A DNA stretch of 64,000 nt from Candidatus Eiseniibacteriota bacterium (GTDB taxonomy: Bacteria > Eisenbacteria > RBG-16-71-46). Shown piece by piece: positions 55,137-63,164 of this stretch. Made by a program: the position numbers and the translations under genes. The first letter of the stretch is position 1; each line of letters begins with the position of its first letter. The notes beneath the pieces are model-generated. The model did no database searches and had not been told where the DNA came from. It saw only the letters and a program-made list of their open reading frames with translations. The stretch covers positions 69,355-133,354 of the forward strand of contig JADLBL010000024.1 in the NCBI GenBank assembly GCA_020847735.1. Direction: 5' to 3'.

Positions 55137-57638
55137 TCACCGCGTCGTATCGGCAGCCTCGAGGACGGAGTTGAGGGTGGAGTGGCCGGGCCGACTCCGG
55201 GCGGCGGGCCGGGAAACCTGCTTGAGGACCACCAGGGTCAGGTCGTCCAGGGGCTCGTCGGCCCACGCACGGACGGCCGCGAGCAGCTCCTCGACCAGGT
55301 CCGGGGCGCGCCGATGAGCGTGTCGGTCGAGGACCGCCTGAACGCCTTCGGGGCCGAACAGCCGGCCGCCGCGCGAGGCCTCCGTGAGGCCGTCGGTGTA
55401 GAACAACAGCACGTCGCCGGCGTCCAGTTCGACCGGGACGGTCGGGTAGGAGGCGCCCTGCCCCACGCCGAGCAGCAGCCCGCTCTCGCGCAGCTCCTGG
55501 GTCCGCCCCGTGGCCGCGCGCCGCACCAGCGGCGGCGTCAGGCCGGCGTTGGCGAAGCGCACGACCGCGCGGCTCACCTCCACGCGCGCGCACAGCAGCC
55601 CCATGAAGCGGTCCGGCTGCTCGTGCGCGAGCAGGTCGCGGTTGAGCGCCTCGAGCAACTCTCCCGGCGGCTGCAGCCCGCGCGCGAGGTCACGAAAACG
55701 CGACTGCACCCCCGCGAGCACCAGGGCCGCGGGGACCCCATGCCCGGCGGCGTCGCCGACCGCGAGGACGAAGTCGCGCGCTCCGGTCTCGACGAAGTCG
55801 TAGTAGTCGCCGCCCACGGACTCCATGGCCAGCGTCACCGCCGCGCAGTCGAGCGTCGGGTAGACCGGAGTCCGCCGGGGCAGTCGGTGCGCCTGCACGT
55901 GCCGGGCCTCGCGCAGTTCGCGCGCCACCGACGCGTGATGGCGCGCCTCCCGCCGCAGCTCCGAGTTCTCGAGCGCCACGCCGAGGTGATGGGCGAGGCG
56001 CTCGAGGTCGCGCGCCTCGGCGCGATCGAGCCACGCACCCGCGACGCGGCGGCCCAGCAACAGCACGGCCGCGACCGGCGCGCCGGGGATCGCGAGCGTC
56101 CAGCGCACCCCCGCCGACTCCAGCGCCTCGCGGTCCGTCGCCGCCAGCCCGGAATCGCTCAGCGCGCACGCGCCGGCCTGCCGGGACATCGCCTCGAGCA
56201 GGCCGGGTCCGAGTGCCTGGGGCAGGCCCTGTGCCTCCACGCCCGCTCCCGAGAGCGCCGCCACGCGCAACTCCCGGCCCTCGACCGCGAGCGCGCCGCA
56301 ACCGTCGAGTCGCAGCGCCTGGCGGATGCTCTCGCAGGCCTCCTGCAGCATCGCCCCGGGGCCCTCGGCGCGCGCCGCCGCCGCGGCCGGCGCCCAGGCC
56401 GCGAGCGAGACCTCGCCGGCGATCGGCACGACCCGCACGCCGAGGGCCGCGAAGCGTGTGCGCGTGGGACCCGCGAGCGCCGCGACGAGGACGAAGCAGG
56501 CGAGCGACACACCCGAGACGTCGCGGCCGAGCGCCGGCCACCAGGACGCCGCCATCCATTCGCCCGCGGCGTAGGTCGCGAACCCGAGCGCCGCGACGAT
56601 CGCGAGCGTGACCACCGCGCGCAGCGCGACCCGGAAGTCGAACAGGCGATGGATCGAGATCGCCCACGCGAACGAGGCCGGAACGAAGAGTGTCGAGGCG
56701 ACGACCAGCCGGTCCCCCGGCAGCGCCGAGCCGGGGGCGAGGTTTCGCCAGGCGATGATCGCGGCGAAGGGCGCGGCGCCGAGCACCGTGCCGAAGAACG
56801 CGACGCGCAGCCGTCGCCGCGCGTCCGGATCCCGGGTGCGGGCGAACGAGGTCGCGAACAGCACCAGCCCGCCGAGCATGCCCGCGGTGAACAGCGCCAC
56901 GTGCGCGTCCTCGAGCGCGACGAGCGCTCCGCGCCACCGGCCGGCGCCCCACTCGGTCTCGGCGACCACCGCGATGAGCGAAAGCAGCAGCGCGGTCGCC
57001 AGCACGTAACCCGCGCGCACGAACGCGCGGGCGCGCGGTCGCGGCGCGGGATTCGGGAACAGCGCGAAGAAATGCAGGAACAGGATCGCGACGTAGATCT
57101 GCGCCGCGAGGACGCTGAGGTCGTAGACCACCTGCCAACCGCCGGACGGAAGCCATGGCGCGGGCGCGAGCATCGCCGCGAACGCCAGCCCGAGGAGCAG
57201 GAAGACCCGCGTCAGGTGGTCGCGCCGCTCGCTCCAGACCCAGCCGGCGAGCAGCACGAACACGGAGGCGATGGCGAGCAGAAAAGCCCGGTAGCGTCGC
57301 TCACCGTCGGGCAAAGGCTCGGGCGCGAGCCACACCCGCGCGAGGTCGCCGCCGCGCTCGCGCCGGAGCGCCAGCGGGACCCCCGGCGAGGCGCCACGCA
57401 GGGGGTCGGCGTCCAGCAGGCTGAGCGGCGGCGCGCCCGGCGCCGGGAAGACGCTGTCCCCGCTCCGCAGTCCGGCGCGAGCCCCCGGGCTGCCGGGCTC
57501 GACCGCGGCCACCCGCTCGCCCTGCAGGGAAAGGCCCGTGTAGGCGTGACGGGAGAGCGTCAGGGCCGAGACCACGAGGGCCACGGTGGCGGGAAGCATC
57601 AGCCACGTCAGCAGGCGATTGGCCAGCCCACGATCCAT
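55137..57638 (-). CDS. Membrane-bound PP2C (SpoIIE/RsbU-type) Ser/Thr phosphatase with N-terminal PDZ domain, polytopic region and GAF-like region
   Basis: PDZ-like VAAVEPGSPGARAGLRSGDSV. About 9 TM segments. PP2C motifs GGDYYDF, DAAGHGVPAAL and LLFYTDGLTEA. RBS GGAGGGA lies before ATG 57638. Confidence 0.85.
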   Translation of the reverse strand: MDRGLANRLLTWLMLPATVALVVSALTLSRHAYTGLSLQGERVAAVEPGSPGARAGLRSGDSVFPAPGAPPLSLLDADPLRGASPGVPLALRRERGGDLARVWLAPEPLPDGERRYRAFLLAIASVFVLLAGWVWSERRDHLTRVFLLLGLAFAAMLAPAPWLPSGGWQVVYDLSVLAAQIYVAILFLHFFALFPNPAPRPRARAFVRAGYVLATALLLSLIAVVAETEWGAGRWRGALVALEDAHVALFTAGMLGGLVLFATSFARTRDPDARRRLRVAFFGTVLGAAPFAAIIAWRNLAPGSALPGDRLVVASTLFVPASFAWAISIHRLFDFRVALRAVVTLAIVAALGFATYAAGEWMAASWWPALGRDVSGVSLACFVLVAALAGPTRTRFAALGVRVVPIAGEVSLAAWAPAAAAARAEGPGAMLQEACESIRQALRLDGCGALAVEGRELRVAALSGAGVEAQGLPQALGPGLLEAMSRQAGACALSDSGLAATDREALESAGVRWTLAIPGAPVAAVLLLGRRVAGAWLDRAEARDLERLAHHLGVALENSELRREARHHASVARELREARHVQAHRLPRRTPVYPTLDCAAVTLAMESVGGDYYDFVETGARDFVLAVGDAAGHGVPAALVLAGVQSRFRDLARGLQPPGELLEALNRDLLAHEQPDRFMGLLCARVEVSRAVVRFANAGLTPPLVRRAATGRTQELRESGLLLGVGQGASYPTVPVELDAGDVLLFYTDGLTEASRGGRLFGPEGVQAVLDRHAHRRAPDLVEELLAAVRAWADEPLDDLTLVVLKQVSRPAARSRPGHSTLNSVLEAADTTR

Positions 57639-57747
57639 CGTTCGGCCGTCCCTCCGGTCAGAGAACGAACGGGAAGCTAGCAGCGGAAGGGGGGGCGACC
57701 AAGCCCACATCGTGCTTGGTGGGGCCGCAGCCGGAAGGTATTCTGGG

Positions 57748-57775
57748 TCAAGTCCCATTCCCGCCATGCCGATAG
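57748..57775 (+). promoter_or_regulatory. Candidate sigma28 (FliA)-type promoter for csrA-flgM
   Basis: TCAAG (57748-57752), 15 nt, GCCGATAG (57768-57775), compared with the consensus TAAA-N15-GCCGATAA. It lies 62 nt upstream of the csrA ATG. Confidence 0.55.
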
Positions 57776-57836
57776 GCACTGCGTCGGTAGGACAGTGCCG
57801 CATGGTCGCGGTGCGGTTGAGCGGAGGCTCGAGAAG

Positions 57837-58061
57837 ATGCTGGTCCTAACAAGGAAGTTAGGAGAGAACATTCGAATCGGTGATTCCGTGAAGATCACCG
57901 TGCTCGAGGTTCGATCCGGTCAGGTGAAGCTCGGAATCGAGGCGCCGCCCGAGGTCAAGGTGCACCGTGAGGAAATCTACGCCCGCATCCAGGAGGAGAA
58001 CCGGAAGGCGATGGGCGGACAACGTCCGCCGGGACCCGCCGAACCGGGCAAGAAGCCTTGA
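57837..58061 (+). CDS. csrA: Carbon storage / translational regulator CsrA
   Basis: [56 protein letters not shown] lies 9 nt upstream of the start. Confidence 0.92.
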   Translation: MLVLTRKLGENIRIGDSVKITVLEVRSGQVKLGIEAPPEVKVHREEIYARIQEENRKAMGGQRPPGPAEPGKKP

Positions 58062-58136
58062 GCAAGGCGGCACGCCGGACCCGGCTCCGGTCGGGCCGGA
58101 CCGCGGGATGATGGGCCGGGGTGTCTTCGAGGAGTC

Positions 58137-58343
58137 ATGACCAGGACCCGCCGTCGCAAGAGCAGCAGGCCCGGAAGTTCCTCAAGTTCCTCCCGGCGTT
58201 CCGTGCCCGACACGGATGCTCCGCTCGTCCGGCTTCCGCGGGTGCGTTCGGCGCAGCAGCGGATCGAGTCGGGTTACTACGACCGCAACGACGTGCGGGA
58301 CCGGCTCGCCGACGCCGTGATCCAGGTGCTCCTCAAGGGCTGA
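58137..58343 (+). CDS. flgM: FlgM-like anti-sigma-28 factor
   Basis: The C-terminal DTDAPLVRLPRVRSAQQRIESGYYDRNDVRDRLADAVIQVLL fits the FlgM pattern (acidic, V, I, G-Y, then an amphipathic helix). The N-terminal ~22 aa and the start codon are uncertain, because the alternative frame has similar third-position GC there. Confidence 0.55.
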   Translation: MTRTRRRKSSRPGSSSSSSRRSVPDTDAPLVRLPRVRSAQQRIESGYYDRNDVRDRLADAVIQVLLKG

Positions 58344-58360
58344 TCCGACCCGCGGGAACG

Positions 58361-58392
58361 ATGCCGTCGCGCGCGACGCGGCGGCATTTTTT
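58361..58392 (+). terminator. Intrinsic terminator after flgM
   Basis: 11-bp stem 58361-58371 / 58377-58387 (one G-U pair), 5-nt loop, followed by TTTTTT (58387-58392). Confidence 0.8.
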
Positions 58393-58486
58393 CGTTTCCG
58401 GCGGCGTCCGCGCTCGCGCCGGCGCGCAATCGCGCCTTCGCGGCGGCGCCGACTTTGCCTATACTGCCGCGCGCGATGGAACGCAC

Positions 58487-59686
58487 ATGACCCGCCGAGC
58501 CCCGCGCGCACGCAGCGCGCCGCCCTGGGAAGCCCTCGTCCGCGCGCTCATGGAGGACGCCGAGACCGGCGTGCTCGTGCTGGATCCGGACTCGCGCGTT
58601 CGCGCGGCGAATGCGGCGGTCGAACGCCTGCTCGGCCTGGGCGGCCCGCAGTTGCGACACGCCGCCGCCGGCGACGTGTTGCGGACCGTGGTGGCCGGCG
58701 ACGACCCGCTGCGGGACGCGCGCCGGCGGGTGCGCACCGAGGGCGAGGTCGTGCTGCACACGCCCGGCGCCGGCGACGTGCCCGTGCGGCTGCGCACCTG
58801 GAGGGTCGGCCGGCCGGCATGGTTGCTGGTGACGCTGAACGACCTGACCCGCTTGCGCCGCATGCAGCACGAGCTGCGTCGCAACGAGCGCCTGGCGACG
58901 CTCGGCCAGCTCGCCGCCGGTGTCGCGCACGAGATTCGCAATCCGCTCGCGGGGATCGGCACGAGCGCGCAGGTCCTGCTCAAGCGCTTCGAACCTCGCG
59001 ACGACCGGGCGCGATTCGCGCAGGTGATCCTCGACGAGGTCGCACGCCTCGACCGCATCGTCACCAGCCTGCTGCAGTACGCGCGCCCGCGCACGCCCGA
59101 GTTGCGCGCCGCCTCGCTGGCGGAGTGCGTGGAGCGCGTGCTCGCGCTCGCAGCGGAGTCGATCCAGGGGGCGCGCGTGGAGGTCGAGGTGGAGGTGGCG
59201 CCACGCCTGCCGGACGTCTACATTGACCCCGACCTGGTGACGCAGGTCCTGCTCAACGTCACGCTGAACGCGGTGCAGGCGATGCCGGCGGGCGGGACGC
59301 TCCGCTACGAGGTGCGGCGCGTTCGCAGCCGCACGCCGTCACGCGGTGCCGGCCGCCGCGCCGGCGACCGCCCCCGCGGTCGCGCGCTCCGGCCGGGCTG
59401 GGTCGCACACGAGCAGGTGCGCGTGATCGACACCGGCGTCGGCATCCCGCGCGGCGTGCTCGAGAAGATGTTCGACCCGTTCTTCACGACCAAGGCCCGG
59501 GGCACCGGGCTGGGACTGAGCATCTCGCAGACGATCATGCAGGAGCACGGCGGTTCCATCTCCGTGGACAGTCGCGAGGCCCGCGGCACCACGGTCCTCC
59601 TCAACTTCCCGCTGGAGAAACGTCATGGCGAAAGGCGACAGCCCGACGCGCGTGCAGTCCGCCCAGACGCTGCTCATCGTCGATGA
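58487..59686 (+). CDS. Cytoplasmic PAS-domain sensor histidine kinase
   Basis: H-box AHEIRNPL, N-box LLNVTLNAVQAM, G1 VIDTGVGI, G2 GTGLGLSIS. No TM segment. ATG 58487 lies downstream of the flgM terminator, so the listed 58121 start is rejected. Confidence 0.85.
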   Translation: MTRRAPRARSAPPWEALVRALMEDAETGVLVLDPDSRVRAANAAVERLLGLGGPQLRHAAAGDVLRTVVAGDDPLRDARRRVRTEGEVVLHTPGAGDVPVRLRTWRVGRPAWLLVTLNDLTRLRRMQHELRRNERLATLGQLAAGVAHEIRNPLAGIGTSAQVLLKRFEPRDDRARFAQVILDEVARLDRIVTSLLQYARPRTPELRAASLAECVERVLALAAESIQGARVEVEVEVAPRLPDVYIDPDLVTQVLLNVTLNAVQAMPAGGTLRYEVRRVRSRTPSRGAGRRAGDRPRGRALRPGWVAHEQVRVIDTGVGIPRGVLEKMFDPFFTTKARGTGLGLSISQTIMQEHGGSISVDSREARGTTVLLNFPLEKRHGERRQPDARAVRPDAAHRR

Positions 59687-61049
59687 CGAGCGGTCGCTCC
59701 GCTTCAGCATCGGCGAGTGGGCGCGCGACGCCGGCTACGCCCCGCTCGAAGCCGCCGGCAGCCGTGAAGCCCTCGCCGCCGTGCGGGAGCAGGGCGTGGA
59801 CGCGGTGCTGCTCGATCTCAAGCTCGGCGAGGAGGACGGCCTCAAGGTCCTGAAGGCGCTGCGCGAAGTGGACCCGGCCATGCCGGTCGTCATGCTCACC
59901 GGCCACGGCACGGTCGAGCACGCCGTGCGCGCGATCAAGATGGGCGCCTACGATTTCATGCTCAAGCCGCCCGACCTCGATCACCTCGGAGTCGTGCTCG
60001 AGCGCGCGCTCGAGCACGCGCGGCTGAAGCGCGAGGTGGACCACCTGCGCGCCACCGCGCCGAGCGCCCAGCCGATCGTGGGGGAGAGCGAGGCGCTCAC
60101 GCGCGCGCTCGGCCGCCTCGAGCGCGCGGCCCGGAGCGGAACCTCCACCGTGCTCATCCGCGGCGAGACGGGCTCCGGCAAGGAGCTGATGGCCCGCTTT
60201 CTCCATTCCCGGAGCGCGCGCGCCGCGGGACCCTTCATCGAGCTCAATTGCAGCGCCATCCCCGAGCAGCTTCTCGAGAGTGAGCTCTACGGCCACGAGA
60301 AGGGCGCGTTCACGGACGCGAAGCGCTTCCGCAAGGGACTGTTCGAGCTGGCCGACGGCGGCACACTGCTGCTGGACGAGATCGGCGAGATGGCGCCGCA
60401 GCTGCAGGCGAAGCTCTTGCGCGTGCTCGAGACCCGGACCTTTCGCCGGGTGGGCGGTCACGTGGATATCACCGTGGACGTGCGCGTGGTCGCCGCGACC
60501 CACCGCGATCTGCCGAAGATGGTCGCGGACGGACGATTCCGCGAGGACCTCTACTTCCGCCTCAACGTGGTTCCCGTCGAGATTCCTCCGCTGCGCGAAC
60601 GCACGAGCGACATCGCGACCCTCGCCGAGCACTTCGTGCAGCGATTCTGCCGCGAGCTCGGCCGCCCGCCCGCGAAGCTGCATCCGGCCGCGCTGGCGAC
60701 GATGAAGGCCTACGCCTGGCCCGGCAACGTGCGCGAGCTGAGGAACGTGATCGAACGAGTCGTGCTGCTCGAAGCCGACGAGGACATCCTGCCCGAGCAC
60801 CTGCCCGCCGAGCTGGCCCATGCGGGCGGTTCCGGCGGAACGGTCGCCCGCGGAGAGCCGTTCCCCGCCGGCAAGGTCCGGCCGCTCGTCGAGATCGAGA
60901 AGCTCGCGATCGAGCATGCGCTGGAGGTCTGCGGCGGCAACAAGACGCGCGCGGCCTCGCTGCTCGGCATCTCGCGCCAGACCCTGAGGACGAAGCTCAG
61001 CGAATTCGCGCTCGGCGACGACGCCGAGGAGGCGGATCCGGGCGAGTAG
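59625..61049 (+). CDS. Sigma54-dependent response regulator (NtrC/FleR-like: REC-AAA+-Fis HTH)
   Basis: REC domain with LLIVDDE and VLLDLKLG. Walker A GETGSGKE. Sigma54-contact loop present as GAFTDA. C-terminal [29 protein letters not shown] upstream of the start. Confidence 0.93.
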   Translation: MAKGDSPTRVQSAQTLLIVDDERSLRFSIGEWARDAGYAPLEAAGSREALAAVREQGVDAVLLDLKLGEEDGLKVLKALREVDPAMPVVMLTGHGTVEHAVRAIKMGAYDFMLKPPDLDHLGVVLERALEHARLKREVDHLRATAPSAQPIVGESEALTRALGRLERAARSGTSTVLIRGETGSGKELMARFLHSRSARAAGPFIELNCSAIPEQLLESELYGHEKGAFTDAKRFRKGLFELADGGTLLLDEIGEMAPQLQAKLLRVLETRTFRRVGGHVDITVDVRVVAATHRDLPKMVADGRFREDLYFRLNVVPVEIPPLRERTSDIATLAEHFVQRFCRELGRPPAKLHPAALATMKAYAWPGNVRELRNVIERVVLLEADEDILPEHLPAELAHAGGSGGTVARGEPFPAGKVRPLVEIEKLAIEHALEVCGGNKTRAASLLGISRQTLRTKLSEFALGDDAEEADPGE

Positions 61050-61307
61050 TCGGCGGCGGGGCCGACCAAGAAGCAATCGGACGCTGCCGCCGCACGGTGC
61101 GAGGTTGGGCAGCCGCCGGCGTTTCCCTGCGAGCGGCTTCGGCCCGGTTCAGCCCGGCTCGATCGGGACGTCGCGCCGGAACAGCCCGGCCGCGCACCGG
61201 TAACTCGCGCGCTGACAACGACCTGTTGCCGCGCGTTCGAGTGCGGGCGGGTTCCTCCGCGCCCCGGGGCCCGCCGGGTCGTGCGCTTCGCACTCCCCGA
61301 ATGCGCA

Positions 61308-61323
61308 TGGCACGCGTGCTGCA
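61308..61323 (+). promoter_or_regulatory. Sigma54-type promoter
   Basis: TGGCAC-GCGTG-CTGCA compared with the consensus TGGCAC-N5-TTGCA. The GG and GC elements are correctly spaced. It lies 52 nt upstream of the receiver gene ATG. Confidence 0.6.
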
Positions 61324-61374
61324 AATCGCTCCGCCGTCCCCTCGCACGTGACCCGACGACGGAGCCCATCCGAG

Positions 61375-61773
61375 ATGCCGCATCTCCTGATCGTGGAAGA
61401 CGAGCCGACGACCTCCTGGGCGCTCGCCGAAGGCCTGTCGGATGACGGATTCACCATCGACACCTTCCGCTCCGCCGAAGAAGCGCTGGCGTGGCTCAAG
61501 GACCACGACAGCGATCTCGTCATCACCGAGCTGCGGCTGCCGGGACAAAGCGGGCTCGAACTGGCGCGCAAGCTCCGCCGCGGCCCGAGCGCGCAGCCGG
61601 TCATCGTCCTGACGGCGGAGACCGGCGCGGACCGGGCGCGTGACCTGCGCCGGGCGGGCGTCGTGGAGGTCTTCCCAAAGCCGTTCCACATCGACGGGCT
61701 GCGTCGCGCGGTGCGTCGCGCCCTGCTCGAGGCCGACGGCCGCCGCCGTCCCGCGCTGCGGAAGGCCGCATGA
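61375..61773 (+). CDS. Single-domain response-regulator receiver with Glu at the phospho-acceptor position
   Basis: LLIVEDEP acidic pocket, VIVLTAE (Thr) and VFPKPF (Lys) are conserved. The acceptor position reads DLVITELRLPG, with E where D is expected. Confidence 0.85.
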   Translation: MPHLLIVEDEPTTSWALAEGLSDDGFTIDTFRSAEEALAWLKDHDSDLVITELRLPGQSGLELARKLRRGPSAQPVIVLTAETGADRARDLRRAGVVEVFPKPFHIDGLRRAVRRALLEADGRRRPALRKAA

Positions 61774-62012
61774 AGCCGCGCATCGCGAAGTCGCGCGGCC
61801 CCGCCCTCGCCCGCCGCATGCGCGAGGCCATCGGGGGGCTCGAGGAGCGCGAGCGTCAGGTGCTGGCGTTGCTGCTCGTCGAACGGTTGACCGTGCTTGA
61901 GGCCGCCGGCGCGCTGAAGCTGACGATGCGTGAGGTGGGGGAGCTGTACGCCACGGCCCTGCAGCGGCTCGCGCGCGGTTCCGGCGCGCGCGGCCAGCGG
62001 AACGCCGCGTGA
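61770..62012 (+). CDS. Stand-alone sigma70 region-4-like HTH protein (80 aa)
   Basis: GLEERERQVLALLLVERLTVLEAAGALKLTMREVGELYATALQRLAR matches the region 4.2 pattern. ATGA overlap with the receiver gene. High third-position GC. Confidence 0.6.
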   Translation: MKPRIAKSRGPALARRMREAIGGLEERERQVLALLLVERLTVLEAAGALKLTMREVGELYATALQRLARGSGARGQRNAA

Positions 62013-62239
62013 GCGCGTTCGTCCCGCTCACGCGTGCCGCCGACCCAGCGGCCGAAATGCCGGGCTCGGCCGGCGCGCGGCAGGACGCCGCGAACGCGGC
62101 GCTCGGCTCGCTCCGCGAGGAGCAGCGCCGGCTCTCACGCCTGGGCCTCGAGGTCCCGCTCGCGCGCTGTCACCAGCAGATCCGCTTCTGGTCGTTCGTC
62201 TCGGCCGTCTGCTCGCTCGAGCGCGGGAGCCGCGCGTGA
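62009..62239 (+). CDS. Small hypothetical protein (76 aa)
   Basis: GTGA overlaps at both ends (62009 and 62236). Third-position GC is above 90 percent by my count. No family recognised. Confidence 0.45.
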   Translation: MSAFVPLTRAADPAAEMPGSAGARQDAANAALGSLREEQRRLSRLGLEVPLARCHQQIRFWSFVSAVCSLERGSRA

Positions 62240-63153
62240 AGGCCCGCAACCGCAAGCGCGCGGCCGCCCGGACGCCGATCCAGCTCGTGCCCGTCCACGG
62301 CTCGCCGGCGCCGGTTTCGGAAGGCGAACACCCGGCGCAGTGGAGCCGGCCGCGCGCGCGCACGATCGTGGTCGCGAGCGGCAAGGGTGGCGTGGGCAAG
62401 AGCAACCTGGCCGCCAACCTCGCGGTCGCCCTCGGCGAGCGCGGCGCCCGCGTGCTGCTCGTGGACGGCGACCTCGCGCAGGCGAATCTCGACCTGCTGC
62501 TCGGCCTGCACCCGCGCTTCGACCTGCAGCACGTGCTTTCCGGGCAGAAGACGATGGACGAAATCGTCGTCAACGGCCCCGAGAACGTGCGGCTGGTGCC
62601 GGCCGCCTCGGGAGTCCCCGAACTGGCCGACCTCGACGACTTCCGCCGCGAGCTGCTGCTGCGCGGCCTGAGCACGCTCGACTCCGACGCCGACCTGGTG
62701 ATCCTCGACACCGCTTCGGGCGTTTCGCGACAGACGACCGAGTTCTGCCGCGCCGCGCACGAGGTGATCGTCGTGACGACCCCCGAGATGCCGGCGTTCT
62801 CCGACGCCTACGCGCTGGTCAAGCTGCTGCAGAAGCAGGGCGGCCTCGCACGCGCGCCCCAGCTCGTCGTGAACATGGCGAACGGGGCGGACGAGGCCGA
62901 GGACACCGCGCACCGCATCCGCCTGGTCGCGCGCCGCTTCCTGCGCCTCGAGCTCGACTGCCTCGGCGTCGTGCCCTTCGACGCGGCGGTGCCCCGCGCC
63001 GTCCGCCTGCAGGAGCCGGTGATCGCCGCGTTCCCGAAGTCGAGCGCCGCCGGCGCGTACCGCGCCCTGGCCGCGAAGCTGTGGAAATCCCGCCCCACCG
63101 GACCGAAGTCGCTGATCGAGCCGGAGCCCACGCAAGAACGCCTCGAAGCCTAG
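62236..63153 (+). CDS. flhG: MinD/ParA-family ATPase FlhG (FleN/YlxH-like)
   Basis: Deviant Walker A VVASGKGGVGKSN. Positioned immediately upstream of fliA. GTGA overlap with the small ORF. Confidence 0.8.
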   Translation: MKARNRKRAAARTPIQLVPVHGSPAPVSEGEHPAQWSRPRARTIVVASGKGGVGKSNLAANLAVALGERGARVLLVDGDLAQANLDLLLGLHPRFDLQHVLSGQKTMDEIVVNGPENVRLVPAASGVPELADLDDFRRELLLRGLSTLDSDADLVILDTASGVSRQTTEFCRAAHEVIVVTTPEMPAFSDAYALVKLLQKQGGLARAPQLVVNMANGADEAEDTAHRIRLVARRFLRLELDCLGVVPFDAAVPRAVRLQEPVIAAFPKSSAAGAYRALAAKLWKSRPTGPKSLIEPEPTQERLEA

Positions 63154-63164
63154 GAGGTTTCCCC

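Noticed and set aside
54967-55317. A plus-strand 116-aa ORF in the trpA-phosphatase gap.
   Set aside because: Its composition is Ser/Arg-rich, it overlaps the 3-prime end of the phosphatase gene on the other strand, and it has no RBS or motif.
58121-58486. The 5-prime 122 codons of ORF 58121-59686, treated as part of the histidine kinase.
   Set aside because: This stretch overlaps the FlgM-like gene and reads through a strong intrinsic terminator (58361-58392). The kinase PAS domain begins right after ATG 58487.
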